Counted from the stretch's first letter, positions 1 through 13,244 are shown. The stretch is 64,000 bases of DNA from Antedon mediterranea (GCF_964355755.1 NC_092670.1:28198388-28262387), one strand, 5' to 3'. Program-made: numbers and translations. The notes: a model not told the origin generated them from the sequence alone.

Positions 1-586
1 AATGCATATTTCTTTCATATTTGTATTGTATATTTATTATTTTGATATGCAATCACAATCTAAATCAGTAAATAACATCAATTTCCGTTATCAATAAATA
101 ATTATTAATATATAAACCAAATTAAAATAAAATAACTGTTTATTTTTAACACGTAAACATGTCTATTCGGGGGCCTGAGTGACAGTTGACCTGTTATAAA
201 ACTGATTAATTACTTGTTCCTGGTCCTAATTAAAAATTAGGCCTAGCCTAGGCCTAAGCTTTTTTAATAATCATTCATATTGGGAGAGAGGAGTACAGAG
301 TAGGCCAGGTTACAGGCCTAGCTAGGCCTATACTATATATAGGCTAGGCTACATCATTAGCAGGTTAAAGGCTAGCAGCCTACCTAGCATGTCTTAGTCA
401 AAGATCTGTAATATATTAATAGAAAGAAGCTATAGAGTACTGTGACATTAGATATTTAATTATAAATGCATATTTCTTTCATATTTGTATTGTATTATAT
501 ATGCAATCACAGTCTAAGTCAGTAAATAACATCAATTTCCGTTATCAATCAATAATATATATAAACCAAATTAAAATAAAATAACT
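1..586 (+). repeat. Imperfect direct repeat (1-137 and 465-586)
   Basis: Both copies run aatgcatatttctttcatatttgtattgta...cagtaaataacatcaatttccgttatcaat...aaaataaaataact, with small indels. Confidence 0.85.
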
Positions 587-776
587 TCCTAAAAATTAAA
601 TTCAATTACAATTGAATTCATATACCATTTGTTAAATATTTACAAAATGATTGTTCTAGCAATAACACAAAAAAATACTACCATTCATACAGTATACTGT
701 ACATAATAATATGCAATACTGTAACAATTAACTGAGAAATAGCAAACTATTCCTCAACTTTTCTGCACTTAGTTAC

Positions 777-1971
777 CGGCCTAGTTACTTCATGCTGGAT
801 CTCAGGTGAAATAAACGTCAGATGTGACTTCATGATTTCCCACAAAACTCTTTCCATGGTACTGCTGTCGAGGAATTTATTTTTTCTAAATACCTCGTCC
901 ATTTTTGTACATAGAGGTCCAGTTTCAAATCTCTTGGTTCATACTGTAGTAGTTCGCTATATAAAATATATAAAAGAATTATGGCATTAATTTTTATAGT
1001 ATTGCATGTTTTAGACATAATTTTAAAGGTGTATAATGTAGGACTGACCAAGTCTTTGACCTCTTGTTCTTTTAGATTTATTCTGTGGCCAGTCTCTGCA
1101 ATCTTACTATGCTGTTTTGTCACAAGTGATACTGAGAGTTCATTTCTTAAATGCTCAAGATTCTCTTCTAAAGACTGGATTTTAATCATTGTACTTTGTA
1201 GCATGTCGATATGCTGCAGCTTCTGATTTTCTCTTTCTGCTAGATGATCACCTGAGATTAAACAATATTGGTCAACCAAATAAATGTCAATCTGCATAAA
1301 AAATGAGCATCAACATTATTATATTTTAAAAATGTTAACTATTTCTTGTAGCAGATAATGATAATATATGGATAATTCATAGGAAAATAAGTTCCAGCCA
1401 AAGGTTTGCTTTATTATGCATAAAAATAGGATAAACAATTTTGAAATTCTATGCTCAAATGGACAATGTATATTTAAAGAGCAACTTGACCAATTGAGTT
1501 ATTATGTAATGTCAATGTAAAGTTGAAACAACATTTGAATTTACCAGTCAAGATGTCAGCATCCTGTCGCATGTTGAATATTATAACATATTGACACCTG
1601 GAAAAATAGTTGATTGAGGAAATATTTAATAAAGAAAAGAGGTATATTTATAAATTACTGTAACAATTGTTTGTTTTGACAGTTATTTTATACTAACATT
1701 GTTCTTTAATATGAAGTACAAACACACATTTCATTATTTGGAGTGTGTATTAAACTTTCTAAAGAGGTGGTTATGATTATTTACCTACCCTGTTTAATTC
1801 AACGTCTACCATGTATGGCCTAACAACGCTGTGCGATATTGTTTTGCTTCTTTTTTATCACTGCCATGGTCTACAAAGACTTGTAGGCCTTGAGATATCT
1901 ACAGGCTTGAGGAACATTGTTGGTTCTAATGTCATCTTGATTACAAAAACAATAGATACAACAGTACTTTC
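777..1971 (-). pseudogene. Intron-containing RAG1/Transib/Chapaev-like DDE transposase pseudogene fragment
   Basis: Putative AG/GT-bounded exons: 1971-1789 (GKYCCIYC...FVDHGSDKKEAKQY..SVVRPYMVDVELNR, frameshifted), 1597-1545, 1251-1049 (coiled-coil-like DHLAERENQKLQ...EQEVKDL) and 956-777 (GPLCTKMDEVFRKN/IPRQQYHGKSFVGNH, one stop, one frameshift). Motif order CxxC, V..P, GN parallels the RAG1 core. Family assignment is from recalled motifs, not a search. Confidence 0.6.
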
Positions 1972-3829
1972 CTTTAAAAATAAATCAATTTTTAAATCTA
2001 CAGTACTTCAGTTTTGTGTCCAAACAAATCCAAACAAGAGATCTAATAGCCAAAATATTAAACCATTATTATACTGTACAAATGTATTAATATTAAGGCC
2101 TGGCCCTAGCCTAGGGCTAGGCTGTGACTGTCACTCAGTCACACCAGCTAGCCTAGAAATGCACCAGGAAAGCAATAATTATTATTATAAACACATGCCA
2201 TTAATTATTTGGTAACAGTTATAATGATTACATTTAGGATTAGGGTAATTAAAGGTTTAACTATTACGAATTTTCTATGTTTCGGCCTAGCTTCATTCTA
2301 GGCCCACATTACCGTCACGGTCATCGCGGGCGTCAACGCACTTTCTAAGCCTATCGCCAAACCGTTTTCTCGCCGATAACAATAACAATGTATAAAAGGG
2401 TTGCAAAATATGCGAGTTTTACTAAAAACTGAACCAGGCTATATTAACAAAACTAGTATTATTTTGTTTATATAATAATGATGGACTATATTCTAGTTCG
2501 TTCTTTTTCTAAAAAAATGAATTATATCCAAAAAAAAAGTAAAGAATACAATGATATTTTCTACTTACGATTGTTTACTATTTCATTACACAGTTTATCT
2601 CAACTTCCTGGTTTATGTGCGGGAGAGTATTTCAGTAAAATGGACAATATCGTCGTTTATTTATTAATTTATAGTAAAGAAACAATAAAATATTTATTTT
2701 TTAATTGAACATACACTTTTTTTAATCGTTTAGTTTTGTATAAAATGTTTTTACTACATAAAAACTCACGATAGCAAAATTTAATTTGGCGTTCGCGAAA
2801 TAATGGTTTGTAAACAAAAATTATATGTCCGCGCGACTCGGGGGGAGCCTCGTCTGCTAACACTGAGGGCGCTTGACTTTTTCTTATATCTTAACACTAG
2901 TTGAAACAGCTGTGCTCCAAATGTGATTTGAAGCTATTCTAAACACTTTGGTGTTTTTATGTTAACAAGTTTTTTCGAAAATCACAAATTGGTCTAAAAC
3001 GTCTCCAAATGCGATTTGAAGCTATTTTAAGCACTTTGGTGTTTTTGTGTAACCAAGTTTTTTCGAAAATCACAAAAGGGTCTAAAATGTCTCAAAATGC
3101 GATTTGAAGCTATTCTGTACACTTTGATGTTTTATTGTTAACAAGTTTTTTCGAAAGTCACAAAATGGTCTAAAACGTCTCCAAATGCGATTTGAAGCTA
3201 TTATAAGCACTTTGGTGTTTTTATGTTAACAAGTTTTTTCGAAAATCACAAAATGGTGTAAAACGTCTCCAAATGCGATTTGAAGCTATTCTAAGCACTT
3301 TGGTGTTTTTATGTTAACAAGTTTTTTCGAAAATCACAAAATGGTGTAAAACGTCTCCAAATACGATTTTAAGCTATTCTAAGCAATTTGGTGTTTTTAT
3401 GTTAACAAGTTTTTTCGAAAATCACAAAATGGTCTAAAACGTCTCCAAATGCGATTTGAAGCTATTCTGTACACTTTGCTGTTTTGTGAGAATAATTTTT
3501 GTCGAAATGCTCAAAATGGTCAAAAACGTTTTTAAATACGATATTAAGCTATTTTTTGCTCTGTGATGTTTTTTTGTGAAAAGTTTTATCGAAATGCTCA
3601 AAATGGTCTAAAACGGTTTCTAATGTGATTTTAAGCACTTTGATGTTTTTATGTTAACAACTTTTTTAGAAAATTACAAAATGGTGTAAAACGTCTCCAA
3701 ATGCGATTTGAAGCTATTCTAAGCAATTTGGTGTTTTTATGTTAACAAGTTTTTTCGAAAATCACAAAATGGTCTAAAACGTCTCCAAATGCGATTTGAA
3801 GCTATTCTAAGCACTTTTGTGTTTTTATG

Positions 3830-6800
3830 TTAACAAGTTTTTTCGAAAATCACAAAATTGTCTAAAATGTCTCCAAATGCGATTTTAAGGTATTCTAAGC
3901 ACTTTGGTGTTTTTATGTTAACAAGTTTTTTCGAAAATCACAAAATGGTCTAAAAAGTCTACAAATGCGATTTGAAGCTATTCTAAGCACTTTGGTGTTT
4001 TTATGTTAACAAGTTTTTTCGAAAATCACAAAATGGTATAAAACGTCTCCAAATGCGATTTGAAGCTATTTTAAGCACTTTGGTGTTTTTGTGTAACCAA
4101 GTTTTTTCGAAAATCACAAAAGGGTCTAAAATGTCTCAAAATGCGATTTGAAGCTATTCTGTACACTTTGATGTTTTTATGTTAACAACTTTTTTAGAAA
4201 ATCACAAAATGGTCTAAAACGTCTCCAAATACGATTTGAAGCAATTCTAAGCACTTTGGTGTTTTTATGGTAACGAGTTTTTTTGAATATCACAAAATGG
4301 TCTAAAATGTCTCCAAATGCGATTTGAAGCTTTTCTAAGCACTTTGGTGTTTTCATGTTAACAAGTTTTTTCGAAAATCACAAAATGGTCTAAAACGTCT
4401 CCAAATGCGATTTGAAGCTATTCTGTACACTTTGCTGTTTTGTGTGAATAATTTTTGTCGAAATGCTCAAAATGGTCAAAAACGTTTTTAAATACGATAT
4501 TAAGCTATTTTGTGCTCTTTGATGTTTTTGTGTGAAAAGTTTTATCGAAATGCTCAAAATGGTCTAAAACGGTTTCTAATGTGATTTTAAGCACTTTGAT
4601 GTTTTTATGTTAACAACTTTTTTAGAAAATCACAAAATGGTCTAAAACGTCTCCAAATGCGATTTGAAGCAATTCTAAGCACTTTGGTGTTTGGCGTTTT
4701 TAACGAGTTTTTTTGAATATCACAAAATGGTCTAAAATGTCTCCAAATGCGATTTGAAGCTTTTCTAAGCACTTTGGTGTTTTTATGTTTACAAGTTTTT
4801 TCGAAAATCACAAAATGGTCTAAAACGGCTCCAAATGCGATTTGAAGCTATTTTAAGCACTTTGCTGTTTTGTGTGAATAATTTTTGTCAAAATGCTCAA
4901 AATGGTCAAAAACGTTTTTAAATACTATATTAAGCTATTTTGTGCTCTTTGATGTTTTTGTGTGAAAAGTTTTATCGAAATGCTCAAAATGGTCTAAAAC
5001 GGTTTCTAATGTGATTTTAAGCACTTTGATGTTTTTATGTTAAGAACTTTTTTAGAAAATTACAAAATGGTGTAAAACGTCTCCAAATGCGATTTGAAGC
5101 TATTCTAAGCAATTTGGTGTTTTTATGTTAACAAGTTTTTTCGAAAATCACAAAATGGTCTAAAACGTCTCCAAATGCGATCTGAAGCTATTCTAAGCAC
5201 TTTTGTGTTTTTATGTTAACAAGTTTTTTCGAAAATCACAAAATGGTCTAAAATGTCTCCAAATGCGATTTGAAGCTTTTCTAAGCACTTTGGTGTTTTT
5301 ATGTTTACAAGTTTTTTTCGAAAATCACAAAATGGTCTAAAACGTCTCCAAATGCGATTTGAAGCTATTCTGTACACTTTGCTGTTTTGTGTGAATAATT
5401 TTTGTCAAAATGCTCAAAATGGTCAAAAACATTTTTAAAAACTATATTAAGCTATTTTGTGTTCTTTGATGTTTTTGTGTGAAAAGTTTTTTCGAAATGC
5501 TCAAAATGGTCTAAAACGGTTTCTAATGTGATTTTAAGCACTTTGATGTTTTTATGTTAACAACTTTTTTAGAAAATTACAAAATGGTCTAAAACGTCTC
5601 CAAATGCGATTTGAAGCTATTCTAAGCACTTTGGTGTTTTTATGGTAATTTATTTCGAAAATCACAAAATGGTCTAAAACATCTCCAAATGCGATTTTAA
5701 GCTATTCTAAGCACTTTGGTGTTTTTATGTTAACAAGTTTTTTCGAAAATCACAAAAATAGTCTAAAACGTCTCCAAATGCGATTTGAAGCTATTCTAAG
5801 CACTTTGGTGTTTTTATGTTAACAAGTTTTTTCGAAAATCACAAAATGGTGTAAAACGTCTCCAAATGCGATTTGAAGCTATTGTAAGCACTTTGGTGTT
5901 TTTATGTTAACAAGTTTTTTTGAAAATCACAAAATGGTGTAAAACGTCTCCAAATGCGATTTTAAGCTATTCTAAGCAATTTGGTGTTTTTATGTTAACA
6001 AGTTTTTTCGAAAATCACAAAATGGTCTAAAACGTCTCCAAATGCGATTTGAAGCTATTCTGTACACTTTACTGTTTTTTCTGAATAATTTTTGTCGAAA
6101 TGCTCAAAATGGTCAAAAACGTTTTCAAATACGATATTAAGCTATTTTGTGCTCTTTGATGTTTTTGTGTGAAAAGTTTTATCGAAATGCTTAAAATGTT
6201 CTAAAACGGTTTCTAATGTGATTTTAAGCACTTTGATGTTTTTATGTTAACGAATTTTTTCGAAAATCACAAAATGGTCTAAAATGTCTCCAAATGCGAT
6301 TTCAAGCTATTCTTAGCACTTTGGTGTTTTATGTTAACAAGTTTTTTCGAAAATCACAAAATGGTCTAAAACGTCTCCAAATGCGATTTGAAGCTTTTCT
6401 AAGCTTACTTTGGTGTTTTTATGTTTAGGAGTTTTTTCGAAAATCACAAAATGGTCTAAAACGTCTCCAAATTCGATTTGAAGCTATTCTAAGCACTTTG
6501 GTGTTTTTATGTTAACAACTTTTTTAGAAAATCACAAAATGGTCTAAAACGGTTTCTAATGTGATTTTAAGCACTTTGATGTTTTTATGTTAACAACTTT
6601 TTTAGAAAATCACAAAATGGTCTAAAACGTCTCCAAATGCGATTTGAAGCAATTCTAAGCACTTTGGTGTTTTTATGGTAACGAGTTTTTTTGAATATCA
6701 CAAAATGGTCTAAAATGTCTCCAAATGCGATTTGAAGCTTTTCTAAGCACTTTGGTGTTTTTATGTTTACAAGTTTTTTTCGAAAATCACAAAATGGTCT

Positions 6801-9800
6801 AAAACGGCTCCAAATGCGATTTGAAGCTATTCTAAGCACTTTGGTGTTTTTATGTTAACAAGTTTTTTCGAAAATCACAAAATGGTCTAAAATGTCTCCA
6901 AATGCGATTTGAAGCTTTTCTAAGCACTTTGGTGTTTTTATGTTTACAAGTTTTTTCGAAAATCACAAAATGGTCTAAAACGGCTCCAAATGCGATTTGA
7001 AGCTATTTTAAGCACTTTGGTGTTTTTGTGTAACCAAGTTTTTTCGAAAATCACAAAAGGGTCTAAAATGTCTCAAAATGCGATTTGAAGCTATTCTGTA
7101 CACTTTGATGTTTTTATGTTAACAAGTTTTTCGAAAGTCACAAAATGGTCTAAAACGTCTCCAAATGCGATTTGAAGCTATTCTAAGCACTTTGGTGTTT
7201 TTATGTTAACAAGTTTTTTCGAAAATCACAAAATGCTCTAAAACGTCTCCAAATGCGATTTGAAGCTATTCTGTACACTTTACTGTTTTTTGTGAATAAT
7301 TTTTGTCGAAATGCTCAAAATGGTCAAAAACGTTTTTAAATACGATATTAAGCTATTTTGTGCTCTTTGATGTTTTTGTGTGAAAAGTTTTATCGAAATG
7401 CTCCAAATGTTCTAAAACGGTTTCTAATGTGATTTTAAGCACTTTGATGTTTTTATGTTAACGAATTTTTTCGAAAATCACAAAATGGTCTAAAATGTCT
7501 CCAAATGCGATTTCAAGCTATTCTTAGCACTTTGGTGTTTTTATGTTAACAAGTTTTTTCGAAAATCATAAAATGGTCTAAAACGTCTCCAAATGCGATT
7601 TTAAGCTATTCTAAGCAATTTGGTGTTTTTATGTTAACAAGTTTTTTCGAAAATCACAAAATGGTCTAAAACGTCTCCAAATGCGATTTGAAGCTTTTCT
7701 AAGCTTACTTTGGTGTTTTTATGTTTAGGAGTTTTTTCGAAAATCACAAAATGGTCTAAAACGTCTCCAAATTCGATTTGAAGCTATTCTAAGCACTTTG
7801 GTGTTTTTATGTTAACAACTTTTTTAGAAAATCACAAAATGGTCTAAAACGGTTTCTAATGTGATTTTAAGCACTTTGATGTTTTTATGTTAACAACTTT
7901 TTTAGAAAATCACAAAATGGTCTAAAACGTCTCCAAATGCGATTTGAAGCAATTCTAAGCACTTTGGTGTTTTTATGGTAACGAGTTTTTTTGAATATCA
8001 CAAAATGGTCTAAAATGTCTCCAAATGCGATTTGAAGCTTTTCTAAGCACTTTGGTGTTTTTATGTTTACAAGTTTTTTTCGAAAATCACAAAATGGTCT
8101 AAAACGGCTCCAAATGCGATTTGAAGCTATTCTAAGCACTTTGGTGTTTTTATGTTAACAAGTTTTTTCGAAAATCACAAAATGGTCTAAAACGTCTCCA
8201 AATGCGATTTGAAGCTATTCTGTACACTTTGCTGTTTTGTGCGAATAATTTTTTGTCGAAATGCTCAAAATGGTCAAAAACGTTTTTAAAAACGATATTA
8301 AGCTATTTTGTGCTCTTTGATGTTTTTGTGTGAAAAGTTTTATCGAAATGCTCAAAATGGTCTAAAACGGTTTCTAATGTGATTTTAAGCACTTTGATGT
8401 TTTTATGTTAACGAGTTTTTTCGAAAATCACAAAATGGTCTAAAATGTCTCCAAATGCGATTTCAAGCTATTCTTAGCACTTTGGTGTTTTTATGTTAAC
8501 AAGTTTTTTCGAAAATCACAAAATGGTATAAAACGTCTCCAAATGCGATTTTAAGCTATTCTAAGCAATTTGGTGTTTTTATGTTAACAAGTTTTTTCGA
8601 AAATCACAAAATGGTCTAAAATGTCTCCAAATGCGATTTTAAGGTATTCTAAGCACTTTGGTGTTTTTATGTTAACAAGTTTTTTCGAAAATCACAAAAT
8701 GGTCTAAAAAGTCTACAAATGCGATTTGAAGCTATTCTAAGCACTTTGGTGTTTTTATGTTAACAAGTTTTTTCGAAAATCACAAAATGGTATACAACGT
8801 CTCCAAATGCGATTTGAAGCTATTTTAAGCACTTTGGTGTTTTTGTGTAACCAAGTTTTTTCGAAAATCACAAAAGGGTCTAAAATGTCTCAAAATGCGA
8901 TTTGAAGCTATTCTGTACACTTTGATGTTTTTATGTTAACAACTTTTTTAGAAAATCACAAAATGGTCTAAAACGTCTCCAAATACGATTTGAAGCAATT
9001 CTAAGCACTTTGGTGTTTTTATGGTAACGAGTTTTTTTGAATATCACAAAATGGTCTAAAATGTCTCCAAATGCGATTTGAAGCTTTTCTAAGCACTTTG
9101 GTGTTTTCATGTTAACAAGTTTTTTCGAAAATCACAAAATGGTCTAAAACGTCTCCAAATGCGATTTGAAGCTATTCTGTACACTTTGCTGTTTTGTGTG
9201 AATAATTTTTGTCGAAATGCTCAAAATGGTCAAAAACGTTTTTAAATACGATATTAAGCTATTTTGTGCTCTTTGATGTTTTTGTGTGAAAAGTTTTATC
9301 GAAATGCTCAAAATGGTCTAAAACGGTTTCTAATGTGATTTTAAGCACTTTGATGTTTTTATGTTAACAACTTTTTTAGAAAATCACAAAATGGTCTAAA
9401 ACGTCTCCAAATGCGATTTGAAGCAATTCTAAGCACTTTGGTGTTTGGCGTTTTTAACGAGTTTTTTTGAATATCACAAAATGGTCTAAAATGTCTCCAA
9501 ATGCGATTTGAAGCTTTTCTAAGCACTTTGGTGTTTTTATGTTTACAAGTTTTTTCGAAAATCACAAAATGGTCTAAAACGGCTCCAAATGCGATTTGAA
9601 GCTATTTTAAGCACTTTGCTGTTTTGTGTGAATAATTTTTGTCAAAATGCTCAAAATGGTCAAAAACGTTTTTAAATACTATATTAAGCTATTTTGTGCT
9701 CTTTGATGTTTTTGTGTGAAAAGTTTTATCGAAATGCTCAAAATGGTCTAAAACGGTTTCTAATGTGATTTTAAGCACTTTGATGTTTTTATGTTAAGAA

Positions 9801-12800
9801 CTTTTTTAGAAAATTACAAAATGGTGTAAAACGTCTCCAAATGCGATTTGAAGCTATTCTAAGCAATTTGGTGTTTTTATGTTAACAAGTTTTTTCGAAA
9901 ATCACAAAATGGTCTAAAACGTCTCCAAATGCGATCTGAAGCTATTCTAAGCACTTTTGTGTTTTTATGTTAACAAGTTTTTTCGAAAATCACAAAATGG
10001 TCTAAAATGTCTCCAAATGCGATTTGAAGCTTTTCTAAGCACTTTGGTGTTTTTATGTTTACAAGTTTTTTTCGAAAATCACAAAATGGTCTAAAACGTC
10101 TCCAAATGCGATTTGAAGCTATTCTGTACACTTTGCTGTTTTGTGTGAATAATTTTTGTCAAAATGCTCAAAATGGTCAAAAACATTTTTAAAAACTATA
10201 TTAAGCTATTTTGTGTTCTTTGATGTTTTTGTGTGAAAAGTTTTTTCGAAATGCTCAAAATGGTCTAAAACGGTTTCTAATGTGATTTTAAGCACTTTGA
10301 TGTTTTTATGTTAACAACTTTTTTAGAAAATTACAAAATGGTCTAAAACGTCTCCAAATGCGATTTGAAGCTATTCTAAGCACTTTGGTGTTTTTATGGT
10401 AATTTATTTCGAAAATCACAAAATGGTCTAAAACATCTCCAAATGCGATTTTAAGCTATTCTAAGCACTTTGGTGTTTTTATGTTAACAAGTTTTTTCGA
10501 AAATCACAAAAATAGTCTAAAACGTCTCCAAATGCGATTTGAAGCTATTCTAAGCACTTTGGTGTTTTTATGTTAACAAGTTTTTTCGAAAATCACAAAA
10601 TGGTGTAAAACGTCTCCAAATGCGATTTGAAGCTATTGTAAGCACTTTGGTGTTTTTATGTTAACAAGTTTTTTTGAAAATCACAAAATGGTGTAAAACG
10701 TCTCCAAATGCGATTTTAAGCTATTCTAAGCAATTTGGTGTTTTTATGTTAACAAGTTTTTTCGAAAATCACAAAATGGTCTAAAACGTCTCCAAATGCG
10801 ATTTGAAGCTATTCTGTACACTTTACTGTTTTTTCTGAATAATTTTTGTCGAAATGCTCAAAATGGTCAAAAACGTTTTCAAATACGATATTAAGCTATT
10901 TTGTGCTCTTTGATGTTTTTGTGTGAAAAGTTTTATCGAAATGCTTAAAATGTTCTAAAACGGTTTCTAATGTGATTTTAAGCACTTTGATGTTTTTATG
11001 TTAACGAATTTTTTCGAAAATCACAAAATGGTCTAAAATGTCTCCAAATGCGATTTCAAGCTATTCTTAGCACTTTGGTGTTTTATGTTAACAAGTTTTT
11101 TCGAAAATCACAAAATGGTCTAAAACGTCTCCAAATGCGATTTGAAGCTTTTCTAAGCTTACTTTGGTGTTTTTATGTTTAGGAGTTTTTTCGAAAATCA
11201 CAAAATGGTCTAAAACGTCTCCAAATTCGATTTGAAGCTATTCTAAGCACTTTGGTGTTTTTATGTTAACAACTTTTTTAGAAAATCACAAAATGGTCTA
11301 AAACGGTTTCTAATGTGATTTTAAGCACTTTGATGTTTTTATGTTAACAACTTTTTTAGAAAATCACAAAATGGTCTAAAACGTCTCCAAATGCGATTTG
11401 AAGCAATTCTAAGCACTTTGGTGTTTTTATGGTAACGAGTTTTTTTGAATATCACAAAATGGTCTAAAATGTCTCCAAATGCGATTTGAAGCTTTTCTAA
11501 GCACTTTGGTGTTTTTATGTTTACAAGTTTTTTTCGAAAATCACAAAATGGTCTAAAACGGCTCCAAATGCGATTTGAAGCTATTCTAAGCACTTTGGTG
11601 TTTTTATGTTAACAAGTTTTTTCGAAAATCACAAAATGGTCTAAAATGTCTCCAAATGCGATTTGAAGCTTTTCTAAGCACTTTGGTGTTTTTATGTTTA
11701 CAAGTTTTTTCGAAAATCACAAAATGGTCTAAAACGGCTCCAAATGCGATTTGAAGCTATTTTAAGCACTTTGGTGTTTTTGTGTAACCAAGTTTTTTCG
11801 AAAATCACAAAAGGGTCTAAAATGTCTCAAAATGCGATTTGAAGCTATTCTGTACACTTTGATGTTTTTATGTTAACAAGTTTTTCGAAAGTCACAAAAT
11901 GGTCTAAAACGTCTCCAAATGCGATTTGAAGCTATTCTAAGCACTTTGGTGTTTTTATGTTAACAAGTTTTTTCGAAAATCACAAAATGCTCTAAAACGT
12001 CTCCAAATGCGATTTGAAGCTATTCTGTACACTTTACTGTTTTTTGTGAATAATTTTTGTCGAAATGCTCAAAATGGTCAAAAACGTTTTTAAATACGAT
12101 ATTAAGCTATTTTGTGCTCTTTGATGTTTTTGTGTGAAAAGTTTTATCGAAATGCTCCAAATGTTCTAAAACGGTTTCTAATGTGATTTTAAGCACTTTG
12201 ATGTTTTTATGTTAACGAATTTTTTCGAAAATCACAAAATGGTCTAAAATGTCTCCAAATGCGATTTCAAGCTATTCTTAGCACTTTGGTGTTTTTATGT
12301 TAACAAGTTTTTTCGAAAATCACAAAATGGTCTAAAACGTCTCCAAATGCGATTTTAAGCTATTCTAAGCAATTTGGTGTTTTTATGTTAACAAGTTTTT
12401 TCGAAAATCACAAAATGGTCTAAAACGTCTCCAAATGCGATTTGAAGCTTTTCTAAGCTTACTTTGGTGTTTTTATGTTTAGGAGTTTTTTCGAAAATCA
12501 CAAAATGGTCTAAAACGTCTCCAAATTCGATTTAAAGCTATTCTAAGCACTTTGGTGTTTTTATGTTAACAACTTTTTTAGAAAATCACAAAATGGTCTA
12601 AAACGGTTTCTAATGTGATTTTAAGCACTTTGATGTTTTTATGTTAACAACTTTTTTAGAAAATCACAAAATGGTCTAAAACGTCTCCAAATGCGATTTG
12701 AAGCAATTCTAAGCACTTTGGTGTTTTTATGGTAACGAGTTTTTTTGAATATCACAAAATGGTCTAAAATGTCTCCAAATGCGATTTAAAGCTTTTCTAA

Positions 12801-13244
12801 GCACTTTGGTGTTTTTATGTTTACAAGTTTTTTTCGAAAATCACAAAATGGTCTAAAACGGCTCCAAATGCGATTTGAAGCTATTCTAAGCACTTTGGTG
12901 TTTTTATGTTAACAAGTTTTTTCGAAAATCACAAAATGGTCTAAAACGTCTCCAAATGCGATTTGAAGCTATTCTGTACACTTTGCTGTTTTGTGTGAAT
13001 AATTTTTTGTCGAAATGCTCAAAATGGTCAAAAACGTTTTTAAAAACGATATTAAGCTATTTTGTGCTCTTTGATGTTTTTGTGTGAAAAGTTTTATCGA
13101 AATGCTCAAAATGATCTAAAACGGTTTCTAATGTGATTTTAAGCACTTTGATGTTTTTATGTTAACGAGTTTTTTCGAAAATCACAAAATGGTCTAAAAT
13201 GTCTCCAAATGCGATTTCAAGCTATTCTTAGCACTTTGGTGTTT
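3830..13244 (+). repeat. Two tandem copies of a 4754-bp higher-order satellite unit
   Basis: Rare variants recur at +4754: gtttggcgttttt (~4689/9443), taaaaagtctac (3951/8705), and identical spurious ORFs at 4605/9359 and 6585/11339. Boundaries are approximate. Confidence 0.9.

Larger units (their letters stand above)
1..2914 (-). mobile_element. Probable decayed DNA transposon of RAG1/Transib/Chapaev-like type; other end lies outside the window
   Basis: Minus strand begins CACAGCTGTTTCAAC at 2914, directly abutting a satellite monomer cut mid-unit (...tgtg|ctccaaatg). It contains spliced-looking, frameshifted transposase-like fragments. Confidence 0.55.

Noticed and set aside
830-1297. 155-aa ORF as a real single-exon protein
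   Set aside because: It reads through a probable intron (1048-957), and the conserved-looking motifs downstream are in other frames.
1705-1730. VC..LHI-like remnant of the LH motif on the minus strand
   Set aside because: It is in the expected position but needs a frameshift and lacks clear splice sites; too short to support.
1811-2215. 134-aa plus-strand ORF
   Set aside because: Antisense to the transposase-like exon, with no recognisable motif.
3236-3255. CENP-B box in the monomer (TTCG...)
   Set aside because: TTCG is present but the required downstream A..CGGG is not.
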